A stretch of DNA of 64,000 nucleotides from Gordius albopunctatus (Eukaryota). Made by a program: the position numbers and the translations under genes. The notes below the pieces were generated by a model that saw nothing but the letters and a program-made list of their open reading frames with translations, did no database searches and was not told the origin of the DNA. Positions 40,066-53,600 of the stretch are shown one piece after another; the first letter of the stretch is position 1, and every line of letters begins with the position of its first letter. The stretch spans positions 16,368,001 through 16,432,000 of the forward strand of contig OZ193909.1 of assembly GCA_964276515.1 (NCBI GenBank). The letters are read 5' to 3'.

Positions 40066-41678
40066 GTGTTGAAGCAATTTCATTTAGTCATTAGTTTTAT
40101 GTAATTAGCTTTAAATATTAAATAAATGACCCTATTAGAGCCGCTTTCACCATTTAAAAGTTTAATTAAAATATCATATAATGAAATTTCCAATTCCTAA
40201 CATTTTATGATTACATTAAAAAGAGGCATTAATCTAATACTAAAAACTTCGAGATTTTTAATATTTTTAGTCCAAACTCAATTTCAAAAACATACAATGT
40301 TTTGCAGTTATTATTAAATTAAAAATTATATTTTATAAATAATGTAAAAATTCTTAAATACACACATTATTCCCCCGACTTTAAATCAGTTATATACAGC
40401 TCAATTTGCAGCCAATAAGCTTTATAAGATTTTAATGTAATATGAAATAGAGAATTTAAGAAGTTTATAATTTTACCGTCTAAATCATTAGATAATTTAA
40501 TTGATACCAGGATTATTACCTAATATGTAGATAACTTTCAACCTACGGCTGAATAGGAAAAAAGTAATGCCAAAAAGTAAAACTGAATGAATTGTACAAT
40601 TCGATCTAAAGATTTATAATTTTTGAGCAAGTATGAGTTGCTGTACTTTGCTCTTCATAAAATTTCAAATACAGATTAAAATCACACGAGCCATTTAAAG
40701 TCTATTTTATGCTCTTTGGTTCATATTAACAAGAAACTAATGGAAAGGTGTTACCACCTTATTGAACCATCCTTATTTTGCTAAAAAATAAAATTATATT
40801 ATAAATTTGATCTCTGATATTAAAATTCTAGCTAATATTGCTACAAAATATATTATATAACAAGGTGAGAATTATTATTTGTTTTTAAATTTTGTGCATT
40901 TTATAATAAAATCTTTTAATTTATTTTAAACTAACAAAGGTCCTTAATATATATTTTGGGGATTGTTATTAACTCAAACTAATAAAGTCTAAACTATAAC
41001 CCTAACTATAGGGTGGCATTAACTATTACGATAATAAAGATAATAGTCCTTGCGTTTTGTCTAGGCTTGTAAACGTGGGGCCACTTGGTAAGTTACATAC
41101 ATTTATTACATCAGCCTTCTGCTTCTTAAACAATTCAAATTTCAAATGAGTAAACATGTTGTTTAACTTATACTTAAATATGTTATACTTTATAACTCTT
41201 TTATTTCTCCTCATTATTAATTTTTTGTAATTAAATAAATTTATTCTTGATTACATAACATTTATTGGCATTTAATATTTGCAATGTGGCAATATATGAA
41301 ATAATTAATTTACATAATGTGCCTTACTATATTCTCTCAGTAAATATTAAAGACATTTAAATTTTACCCTATGAAGTAATTAACTAACATGTTTATTTAA
41401 AACATTAAGTTTAGAGATAAGAAGCATGGATTTATTAATTATGCTGTTGAAAATAATATAAAAATATTAAGCTCTTTAAATTTATAGTATTATGTTTATG
41501 TATTGTGCTGAAAAAAAATATTATTTTGAGACAACCTATATATCCTTTTTTAAACTTTTTTTATTTTAATTATTAATGTTACCATCAAAAGGCATTGACC
41601 TATATAATTCCCACTATCACTGAAAACATGAAAATACTACATCATTTTGCATAATTTAGTTTAACACAAAATTTTTTT

Positions 41679-44600
41679 ATGATTGTAGAGGTGGAAACCA
41701 AACGATATCATTGGGAATTACCAGAGAAAAAGCCAACACATGAATTGAAACTCTATAATAGTTTTACTAGAAAAAAGGTAAATCTTATATACCCTTTACC
41801 TGTTCTTTTAAAAGTCTAAGAAAAGATTTTATACATTTTTTTGATGAAAATTATTATGATATCCCTAATTAAAGCCTCTAATACAAAGTTAAAGCATGCC
41901 AAGAAAATGATCATGATAATTTTACATAGTTATTATCCATAGTAAATATAGACGTTTTTTCTTAACTTTTATGGTAAAATTTTTTGAAGATTAATAGTAC
42001 TTTGGAATCCTTTTATTAGTGCAACTTTGCAAAATAACTCAGTGTTAAACCACTTATACAATCACGACATAATGAATTGATTGTACTTTGATTGGCTCGA
42101 TTAGGAACCTTTTGTGCCGTTGGAAACCAAAGTCACTTGGTACACATGTGGGCCCACTGTCTATGATGCCTCCCACATGGGACATGCTAGGTGATTTTCT
42201 AACACACAAACTCATATATCTTATATACACAATTTAAAGCCCTAAATTTTGTTTTTTAAATATTGGGGTTAAGTTAGACAAATTAAGTCTTTATTCTATA
42301 ACAAGGAAAAGATAGTGGTGGGGGCAAAGGGGGGTGGCATTCCCCCCTCACTAAGTCATAATATATATCTATAGCTCTTGAGTTATTCCCTAAAGCCTGA
42401 TGTAGAGACCTGCACGTGTGACCCGAAACCCGACCTGGGTTTAAAATTTTAAAATAGTTTCTGGGTCGGTTTTGGGTTGAAAAAAGTGACTTAGCAGCTC
42501 TCTAGCCTAATTTTTTGGCACCATATTCATACGGCATTCAGCCGACAATGAGTAATACGAACTTTTTGTATTCGCAAAACAATGCCTAATTAAGTGCGGA
42601 CGAATAATTTAATTTTTGCCATTTATTTCGCACCCAAGATTTTGGGCAGGGCTCTAAGCTTAAAATAAGGCCATCGCCCGGCTTCTTATTCATCCGTTTG
42701 GGGTCATCTAGGACCCCTAACTACTTTCTGCCATATTTTTTGTGTTAATATGTATGTATGTATGTAATGATGTTTTTTACACACTTTTATGTGTTTTTTT
42801 AATCGCCAGGTCATACATATCCTTCGATATTATGAGACGCGTGATGACGCATTACTTCAAATACGATATATTTTACATCATGAACATCACCGACATCGAC
42901 GATAAGGTACAACGAGAAAACTCTAAATTTATGATTACAAAAACATTATTTTTAAAATTATTAATCACATTCCGTGATCCGTAAAATGGTGGATTTTAGC
43001 GAGTATTTGAACTCCTTTTCTCGTTCTACATTATTAATTTTTATAACTTCGAATAACATGATTGATGATAAAAATTGCCCAAAGTTATGGCTTTGCATTT
43101 ACAATTAAAATCGCGTTTATAATTTGTTTAGATATTTTTGATATAGCGAACAATCATCACTAAGTTGTGCGAATCTTCATTCGAGAGAGGATTTTTGGTT
43201 GATTGAAGTTTTTTTTAGCACGGTGGAGTTAGCTGATTTATGATTTGCTGGGAGGAATTAATTATATCTAAAACCACCTTTGAATTATTTATTTTTGTAA
43301 GTTCGAGTAGTCGGCCAGATTGGTGATTAAATCGATTTTGCTGCCCAGAGTCGTGGCTGTGCATTTGCAATTAAAATCGCTTCTCAGTTTGGAGAGGCTT
43401 TCGAGAAAAAAAATTTCCAAGAAATATCGTAAATTTATTATATTACATGGTATAGCAACCCTTTATTAACTCCCGATTTCGAGAGGCGTTAAAATTTTAT
43501 TAATTCAAGCTTTTTATTCCGATTTACTTTTATATAAACAAAAATGAGAATTTTGCAATTTTAAAGATGAAGTGTTTCCACCGTAATCTTTTTTTGCTAA
43601 TCTTAAGACGGCTAGAAAAATTTAGTGCCTTACGGAGAGCTAAGTTTTTTAAAGAAAGTTTCAACTAAACTGGTCTTACAACTACTTTAAAGTGAAATCG
43701 AGGTTGTTTTGGGGCAGAGGTTTCGTTAGTTTGGTTTTTTTAATAAAAATTTTTTGCCTACACGTGTGCAGATTATCAAGAGGGCCCGACAGAATTATAG
43801 GTTCCGAAGTTACGTTAAAGAAAACCACTCGCTCGATCAAATATTCCAAGATTGCATCAAGGCTTTAGAAGTAATATCTAGGGCCTTATTCATTCGAACG
43901 CTCATAACGCTTAAAAACATTCATGTCTGAAATAGGGAAATTTAATATATATTGTAGTAATTATTTTAAATCTTAGCTGATAAAAATTAAAGATCTTATA
44001 TTGGTTAAAAATTTAAAATAGCATTTTAAGTTAAGAACCACAAAAAATCTGTAATAAGATTATTATATTCATTTAAGAGCCCTTTAATAATTTTTTCCAT
44101 TCTGCTTTTTTATGATTTAGAAGTAATAACTTGAACCTTATATAGTTTTTAATTAAACTTTTTTAGTTTGTGAAAGCATATTGAAGTGTATAAATTAAGA
44201 TGGCGACTAAATTCGGAACCCGATTTACCGTTTAAAACATTATGTATCGCGTCTCATTCACTTTTTCCCCAGTATTTTTCGGCTAAAATGAAGAAAGACG
44301 TCAATAACCCCGACACGAAAACCCTGGAAGGTGTCATAGTTAAAAAGATCAATGACGGGATCGAATCGCTGCAGAACTTGGCGAATTCCAGCTGCAAAAT
44401 AGAAGAGTTGGAAATGGAAAAAGATGTGAGATGGTCTAGAATGCTAACTACGACCTATAATTTTACGTTTTTCCTTTTGTTATTTTATAATAATTTATCG
44501 AAATTAGTGTAGCAAGTTGAGCTTTGATTTTAGTCGATTAAACATAAAAGCAAACGAAAGGTTGTTTGGTCTGCTTATATGTTTAATTGACCTTTAGGCT

Positions 44601-47600
44601 TAGTGGAAATGGTACCAAAAGACGACCTACCAATATCCAGCCGTTTTTGCAACACTAATCAAAATATGTCCAATATTTATTTTTATCGTCCTCGTCGATT
44701 CCAGATAGGAATTCGTTAAAAATATTAGATTCTTTACGCGAAGGTCTAAACCGTCCTAAAGCTCTAGCCTCGTTAAGGTTCTCTTATTTCATCGCATGCC
44801 CCCTAAAAGATATTAGGTTAGGTTGAAGATCGCAATTTAATTTACTTTTAAACAGATATAAATAAATGATTACAAACGTTAATTCCGTGCAATCAATAAC
44901 GTATTTAAATTCCATGTTTTCGTTTGTCACAAGCTTTGGATAGAAATAATAGTGATTCTTTGTAATATATTTAATATTTTATTTTAGTCAAAATTACAGT
45001 GGATCCTATGCCATTACAAATATCAAAATAAATTTTGAAAACTGGATTTGGGCTTAATTTAAGGCGAGTGAAAAATCGTTATTTAAAGCGCTAATTTAGT
45101 TGCGAAAGAAATCGTATTTTAATTGCTATGCAATTTATGGGCTCGTTTTTGGTTGTCCGTCCGTCCGTCCGTCCACCAAGTTATTTACACCAGCTTCCCG
45201 ACCTGGAGGTTGCGGGTTCGAGACCCGGAGAGGACAAAATTTTTTTTTTTTTTAAATTAAATTAATATTTTTTTCTTGTTAATACCATTGATAATATGAC
45301 TTTTTGACCGTCCGCAGGCTACTGACCAATGAAAAAATGACCACTGGCCAGATAAATCGAAATTTTTAATTTTTCGTTTTTGAATAGTTTAACATTGATA
45401 ATTACCCTATGCCCTCCCCTACAAGGGCCTATGGCTCTATTTATATGGTTCCCTGTTCCCCTCCAAAGGCTTATGCCTCTATTTAATGTGGGTTCGAATC
45501 CCGGAAGGGCAAAATTTTTATTTTTTTAATTAATTTAATATTTTGTTCTTGTTAATACCATTGATAATATGACTTTTTGACCGTCCGCTGGCTACTGACC
45601 AATGAAAAAATGAACATTGGCCAAATAAATCCTAATTTTTCGTTTTTCCTTTTTGAATAAGTTAACATTGATAATTGAAAAAAATTATCATTGGCCAAAT
45701 AAATCAAAATTTTTTGTTCGTTTTTGAATAGGTTAACATTGATAATTACCCTATACTTTTTAATAATTGCTATGCAATTTATCTAGTTTTTGGGTTAGAA
45801 TCCCGGAGTTTTTTTTGACTCTTATGATTGTTCTTGTTACTATCAATGATAATAAGACTTTTTGGCCGTCCGCTGGCTGCTGACCAATGAAAAAAATGAC
45901 CATTGGCCAAAATGTGTATCCGAGTTTATTTTTTCGTTTTTTTTGAATATTATGATTGTTCCTGTTCCTACCATTGCTATTATGACTTTTTGGTAATACA
46001 ACTCACGTAGAATTTAACTAACCATAAAGCTTCCCCTTCGCTCCCTCTCTCCCCCTTTATGATATTTGGCATATACACTTATTTAGTGCTTCCAACCTTC
46101 GTTTTGCAATATTCACGTAAGTATTTCCATAAATTGCATAGCAAATATGATACATTTATACGGAGTGTAGATGAGTTCCCCCTTCCTTCCCCTCCTCCCC
46201 TTCCCCCTTTCCTCCCCTTCCCCCTTCCCACGAGGGCCGAAGGCCCGAGTTTTTTACATCTATTCGATTTTTTAAATGAAAATAAGCGCGTTTATTTGGA
46301 AATTGGGTGAATTAAATATCAAAGTAGATTTATTTTTTGTTTTTTTATTGGCGGCAGAATTTTTTAAATCAAGTTTCGGACGTGCTTTCGGATTGGTTGG
46401 ACAAACAGCACAGGTATCCAATCAACGATAACCACATATTTTTTGATTTACCGCGTCGTTGGGAGAAGGAATTTCACGAAGACATGAAAAATTTAAACGT
46501 AATTTCATATTTTAAATCGAAAATTCAAATATATATTTTTCCTCGATTTGAACGGTTTGTGTTACAGTTGTAAAAATAAAAAAGTAAATTTTATTTTTGG
46601 ATTTTATTCAGCAGACTTACCACTTAATATTTGTTCTTATATTATTTAAACCCCCTTATTTCTTGCTTATCACCATGGGGGTAGGCAGGAAGGGGCAGTT
46701 GCCACCCCCCTTCTTCTCAATTCAAAAAATATTAAAAATGTAATAAAATTATGTTTGAATCCTAGTTCAATCCTAGCTGCGTCCATGCTTATCACACAAT
46801 ATTTTTTGTATTGTGTCGATAAAATTAAGAAATTTAACGATTGAGTTTGTTTTCTTTGAACATGGACTCCCACTTGCTTTTACAATCTTCTTCTTCTTTC
46901 TATGACTGCTTGTCACCCAGGCTGGTGGTCAGTCCTTTCAGCATTCGTTTCCACTTGTTTCTATGTTTACATAGATCTTTCTTCATCTTGTGGACTTTTA
47001 TATCATGCCGTATTTTATGAATCCAGGTTAGCTTGGGTCTTCCTCTCTATCGTTTTCCTGCGAAATTTATCATCTCGATTTTCTTTCCTACGTAGCTATC
47101 GTCCCTTCTTTCGACATGACCATACCATCTTAGTCTATTTGTTAGGAGCTTTGTCGCAATTGATGTACTACCCAAAATTCTTCTTATTTCTCCATTTCTC
47201 CTATGCTCCTTTTTGCTTACTCCTAGCACCCATCTTAGCATTCTCATCTCCATGGCCCCAAGGCGTCGCTCTTCTCTTTTACCAATATCCTAAATAAAAT
47301 AGCCCAGCCTCATCAAAATTCTTCATTAAATTTTAATACGAAATGTTCACACTAATTTAGTTATATATATAAATGATTCGGCAAATCTAAAAACATTTTC
47401 ATTTTTTACCTTTAACAAAATTTGAAACTTTATTAATTACATTATTTTATTTGATTTCTATCTTTAGATTCTAGCTCCTGACGCCTTAACCAGGGTCACG
47501 GAATTTATACCCGAAATTATCGCTTTCATAGATAAGATCGTTCAAAATGGATACGCGTAAAGAGTTTTTTTAAAAATTGTTTCCATTTTTTCCAAATATG

Positions 47601-50600
47601 ATCCAGTGTCGTAAAAACGGTTTGACAAAGACTGACGGTCAACTCTGGCCCCTTTTTCGAATTTCGACTAATGCTAGAGGTCGATTGAGAAAAGCAGACC
47701 CGAAAAACCTTTGGTCTCTTTATGTTTAGCCCCTATCACTTAGAAATTCTTAAATGCTTTAGTTGGGGTATTCCTCTTTTTTCCTCCGTTGGGAACCGAC
47801 GTTTTATGTTGTTTCCATTGTGAGATCCCCTGTTTTATACCAAAATGCATTTATTTTTGATATTAATGAATGATAGTTTATAAATAAGAGAAATATATGA
47901 AAGGTAAAAATAAAACTAGAATCACCGCCGATACAACAATACTCATTACTTTCCCTTTTTTTGATCGTTATTAAAGTTAGTGCAGTTTTCAAGGGTGTCG
48001 CAAAGTGTTTTTGAGCGTATAACAAAATCTTTCATCGACCTGTTTAAAAATCCCTAGCAAATATTTATAGCGCGCTAGTGTGCACCATCTTTAATGTGTT
48101 AGGTTGCTTTTTTTTATTTAAGTAAGCCAGCCCTCTAACTAATCGGAATCGTGTAACAGAGATTTGCGAATACAATATTGACACCCTTTCCTCATCGACA
48201 TACAAATTGAAATTTCATAAAAATGGGGGCTTATTTATTGCTCTACAATTATCATGTCTATGAATGACTGTTTAAACATTGTTTTTTAACCATTTTTTAT
48301 GGCTAAAAACAATCCAGGATAATATAATTTTGAAATTTGCTCACTTTTAGAAAACAAATTTAAGCCATTTTAGACTAATAAAATGGATTATTCCCTGGGA
48401 ATCAAGATGGGAAACCACTTACCGAAGAAGATTATAAGTTTACGAGAATACGAAAACTTTCCACAATTTTGTATTATTATAAATAACTGTATTCATTTAC
48501 AAAACCTACAAGTGTTTGCGTATAGCTGTTTTTTAAAAATATAGCTACGCGACTCAAACCGGGTCCGTCTATTTCGATACAGTTAAATTCGATCAGGCCC
48601 CAAACCATAATTATGCCAAACTAGTGCCCGAAGCTTGTGGAGATCTCAATGCCTTGAATGAGGGCGAAGGTTTAATTTTATTTCCCCCTTTTTTTACTCA
48701 ACAAATATAATGTATAAATATTGTAATCGCAAAAATACCTAACCCGACCTATATCCTATTCGCCCAGGGGAAAACGGAGCAATCTTTGCCTTCTATCAAA
48801 TATTTTATGTCGAACGTTTTGTAATTTAAATCAAAGCTAAGGTATTGCCCTTACATCATAGCACGATTGAATTGTGCAGCGTTCTTTAGTGTCCGAATTT
48901 AACGGGTCATTCCGAACCTACCCGACTCAATATCGATTTCAAATCATTTTTCTGGGTAAATTTGAGGGTTGGCTGGGAAATGTGAACATTAACTTAGCGC
49001 ATATACCATTATTTAGCAATCCACAATTAGAACTTTTATTTTTCCAAATTTTTTGATTATGGCGTCACTTAAAATGGGATGTTTGTTGAAGAAAAGGAGA
49101 ATTTTAAACCAATTTCTAAATAATAATTTATGGATAATAATGATGAAAAGCTCCTCATTATGTTTTAAGGAGATTATTTATCAAATACAAAATTATCGGG
49201 CGACCTAAAAAAGAGAACAAAGCACGATTAATTATATGAAATTATTGCATCCAACATATGAAGTTTACCAACTCGGCTTTGGGTTACGATGTTAAAACAT
49301 ATAATTGTAGGAATAATATACCCTGTAGATAATCACGGATAAAAGTTATAACAAATTAAACGATTCGTTTTTCACGTATTCACATAAATGGCAATTTTTG
49401 TGCCAGTTATATTTTATTTTGTTTATTTAAAGGGGAACTTAGCGTATCGGAAGAAAAGATCACCGAAAAGAAAAATCCAAGCGATTTCGCCCTTTGGAAG
49501 GCGTCCAAACCAGAAGAGCCAACTTGGGATTCACCCTGGGGCAAAGTATTCTATCTTATTTGTCTTTTTATTTATTAACATATAAATTGCTTTTTGTGTA
49601 TTTATTTTTCCAGATTTTTATGTAACAATTTTGCTTTATTTATAAAATTGTTTTTTTCCGAAAATTTAAACGAGATCACTATTTTAATGCAAGAAAACGA
49701 CTGCCAATCTTAAAAATGGTGAATTAACTCCCATAAAAGTTGGTAAAAATTGAGGGAGACCAATCCTTATAAATTTATTTTACTCGTTTATTAGAGATTT
49801 TTTGAATCTATTCACTTGAAACCAGTTTCTATGTGTATATCTTCTGCCATTTTCTCACTGTAAAGTAGCTGTATGATTTAATAAAAATTAATTTTTGGGC
49901 TTTTGAAACAAAAGCGATTTTAAGTTATTTGTTTCCTTATAATTTAATTAACGGATGTGACCTATTTGTGTGTCCATTGCATGTTATCAATATCTAATTT
50001 ACTATATTTTTCTAATAATTTTGTATAATTTTTCAATATTGCATCGTGTATACGCGTAAATTTAATTATGCATTTCTTAACCATTCCCCTTCAATTGTAG
50101 GGTAGGCCGGGCTGGCACATAGAATGTTCCGTAATGGCTACTTCTATGTGCGGACCCAAGCTAGACATACACGCCGGGGGCATCGATCTCAGGTTTCCGC
50201 ACCACGATAACGAAATTGCCCAAACCGAAGTGATTTTCATTTATTTAACAAAGGAATCACTTTATTTAATCACGAATAAAACACTAAAATCATCGAGTAA
50301 TTTGCTGAGATAAAGAGAGATAGCTCCGAAAAGTTATAAAAATTCGTATATATATATTTATCTGTTGAACTGTCTGATTGGGGTTAGATAAATATATAAT
50401 GTCTAGAAACGTATGCGTAATATTTATGTAAGAGCTAATGTTAATAAAATTGGCACATTGAGGAGTTAGGATGCACTGACCTGGATGTCTTAGCAGCACT
50501 TGCTTACACTATGAAACTTATACTTTTTACAATTTCGCTTGGATAAATATTATACATTTTTTAGCTATTTTAAAAGAGTAGTTATATAGACTAGTGCTGT

Positions 50601-53600
50601 AAAAACTGATGGGTGACCGTTGGATTAGTCGACTAAACATAAACGTCTGACCAAAGGTTTTTATCGCCTAAAAAGACCAAAGATTTTCTGGTCAAACCTA
50701 TGGTCTATTTATGCTTAGTAGAGTACAATCAAAGGCTGATCAAGAGAAACCCAGCAGTTTTTACAACACTCTTATTGGCTATAAAATGGAATATATTCTC
50801 ATAGACGTAGTATCAAGAGAAAAAGGCCATACGTGTGAGAAAGTTTTATAGTTGTATTTAGCCAATGGACTACCGCTTAATGAGTATTTTATTTTGCAGT
50901 AGGTAATGTTGCTTTTTTGAAAAGAGGAGCAAGATATTTAGAAATAGGCGTATGATGACAATTGTATAGAAACTGAAATTTCGGTACTTGAATATTTTAC
51001 GAATTTGGGCCACAGATAATCGGTCCCATTTTGTCATTTGATGGCGTCATGTATGCTCGTTACTATCGATGTAATGGGCGCCCCGAGGGGTCTGCTAGCT
51101 AGAGTGGTATTGAGGTGTGCGTAAAATAGCCAGAGCCACATTAATAGTCTCCTTTTCTTTTGCGGGCATTCAATGTGGTGGTGCAAAGCAAACCGACCAC
51201 TTGGCATAAAAACTCGGGTGTGGCATTAGCAGGTGTTAACGTCGTTTTTGTCAGCGCAGTCTTTTATAAATAATCTAAGCTTCACAAATGTAGCTTTAAA
51301 GCAGAATTAACATCGCTCGCCCCAAGCAAAAAAAGGACCCTACATTGGGGAAGCGCTTCTCACGCTATGCTCTTGTAATGATGAGGGTACCAGCTCTGAT
51401 TACTCCTTCTAACAGCGCACGTCTTGAATGACGCGCTGAATAACAAAACTACCTGTGACATTAAAACTTCAAATTTTCTTATCTTTTAGTGGCGGAAATA
51501 ATAAATTTCTAGAAGGAGTTAGCCATCGTATCCTACTTGGGTAGTGTTGATATTTATGCGCATATAATAAAAAATAAACGAGGTAATTTCTAAAATGTTC
51601 AGAATTTAACAAATATAGACAATTAGTTAACTTTCTAATGATGATATATACGTAAAACATAGATAATGCATCATATATTTTTGTTACATTTCCCAACTAA
51701 TCTAAGGCTTATTACGACGAGAGCAATTGGGTCAATTACTTTTTGCATTCGGGTCACCTCACTATAGCGGGGTGCAAAATGTCGAAATCGTTGAAAAATT
51801 TCGTAACCATTGGGGAAGCGCTCAAGAGTTACACCAGGCGACAACTTAGACTCACATTCCTCTTGCACGGGTGGAAGGATAGCCTGGACTATAGTCCCAA
51901 TTCCATGGCCTGCGCTCTGCAATACGAAAAAATGCTCAACGTATAATTAAAGGAACATTAACTACCATTAAACCTCACTTTTTAAAATGGTTTTGTGTTT
52001 TGTTTTTGTGATTTTTACATGTTTTTTGTGATTTTCCCTTGTTGTTTTCAGTATTGTGGTGACCCATAGTTTTTTGTTAGGGTTCCGTGTAGGTTTGAGA
52101 CCTTTCGATTGACACTTGAAAAAGGGATTTGTTTTACCGTGCGATTTTTTGGTTTCTTTTGCTACTTTCCCCGTCTGTATTTTAAATTTTAAGGAATTTT
52201 TAGTTTGCTGGCATTAAGTTGAACTTGTTTAATATTGAATTACATCAAAAAATCGAATTTTTAAGGCTTATAAGTTTAAAACCTGTAATTTTCCCCTAGC
52301 TCGTTCATATTAATGGCCAACTATGTTAGTTAGCTTGAAGAAGGTAATTCTCATAAAATAATCTTGTAGGGCCCTAAGATGACATAATTTATTTTAAATG
52401 TTCAATTTAATATAAACGTAAGTTTCTATTATCAGAAGCTTAAGAATTTCTTATTATATACCTCATTTTGATCCAAATATCTGGATTTTTTTTGAAAAAA
52501 TAATGGCACAGGAATTCTTTCTTAACGTTAAAGACGTATTGCGTCGTGCACCAACGGATTGCGATTATTTCACCAAATGGGGTGGGCACGAAAAAATACT
52601 CAATCAAAAGTTAGTGGAAATTAGACTTTTTTATCATTCGCTCTTTCAACATGGTCCAATATGTAAGACTATTTTTGCTAGCTACTAGTCTCAAAAATTT
52701 ACAATTTTCTTATTTTTTAAAAATATTAACCGAGGCTGGTGGTCAGTCCTTTCAACATTAATTTCCCTTTGTCTAAACATCTACAATTTTTTTTTATCTT
52801 GTAGTATATTTTATATCGTGCTTTATTTTGTGATTGCACCTAAGCTTATCTCTTCCCTTTTTTGTCGTTTTCCCTCGAGTTTTCAATGATTTTAACAAGG
52901 GCACTCAATATAATTTGCTCGTTAAAAATCTGGAGGATTTATGGTTTTGGAGATTTTTGTCTTTCAACCTCTTTTATGTTTACTCTTTGGCGTACAGATA
53001 TTTCGAGACGAAAGAAAAGGTGCATGACGCACTTTGTGGTAAGTTTGAACCCTTTTATTTTAATTTATAGGGAGTAAAGGAAATAGATATATTTCTTGAA
53101 CTTCTCTAGAATGTATTATTTATTAATAGCAACTGAGTCTCTTGCATTATTATTAATATGTAATGACAATAACACACAAGTATTTTTTAATTAATCTATT
53201 AAGTTTAGTTTGAAAACTGGGAACTATAAGATGTGATTAGACCTACAATGTCAATCTTAAAAGTATTTCTAACTATTTAACCTAAAGATCATGAAATGGC
53301 GTAGCATTTGCTCAAACGATATTTATTATGAAATTAAGGCTTAAAATTATATTTTTGCTGGGTGTTACTACGATTAAATCACATATGTTTTGTAGTTGGT
53401 CCGTATGGCTAGCATTTTACCAATTATTACCTTATGAAATATTGCCAAACTATCGTGTCTAAATATAGGTGGACTGATTATAAATTTGTATATATATGCG
53501 AATTTGGATAAATATTTCCCTTTCCCTTCAAACTTTTTATAAGGTTTTGATATTGTATAATTTAGATTCAAACTAGAATTGGACAATAATTTTAGTGAAT

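Noticed and set aside
40100..40700. Mitochondrial rRNA-derived insertion (numt)
   Set aside because: AT-rich, but no convincing conserved 12S/16S motifs could be aligned.
40997..41006. TAACCCTAAC as telomerase template or interstitial telomere
   Set aside because: Isolated 10-mer with no supporting structure.
43377..43400. U2 snRNA (ATCGCTTCTC start)
   Set aside because: The match ends after 10 nt; no branch-point recognition or Sm site follows.
45195..45235. tRNA gene
   Set aside because: Only a T-arm/B-box-like motif; no A-box, D-arm or acceptor stem.
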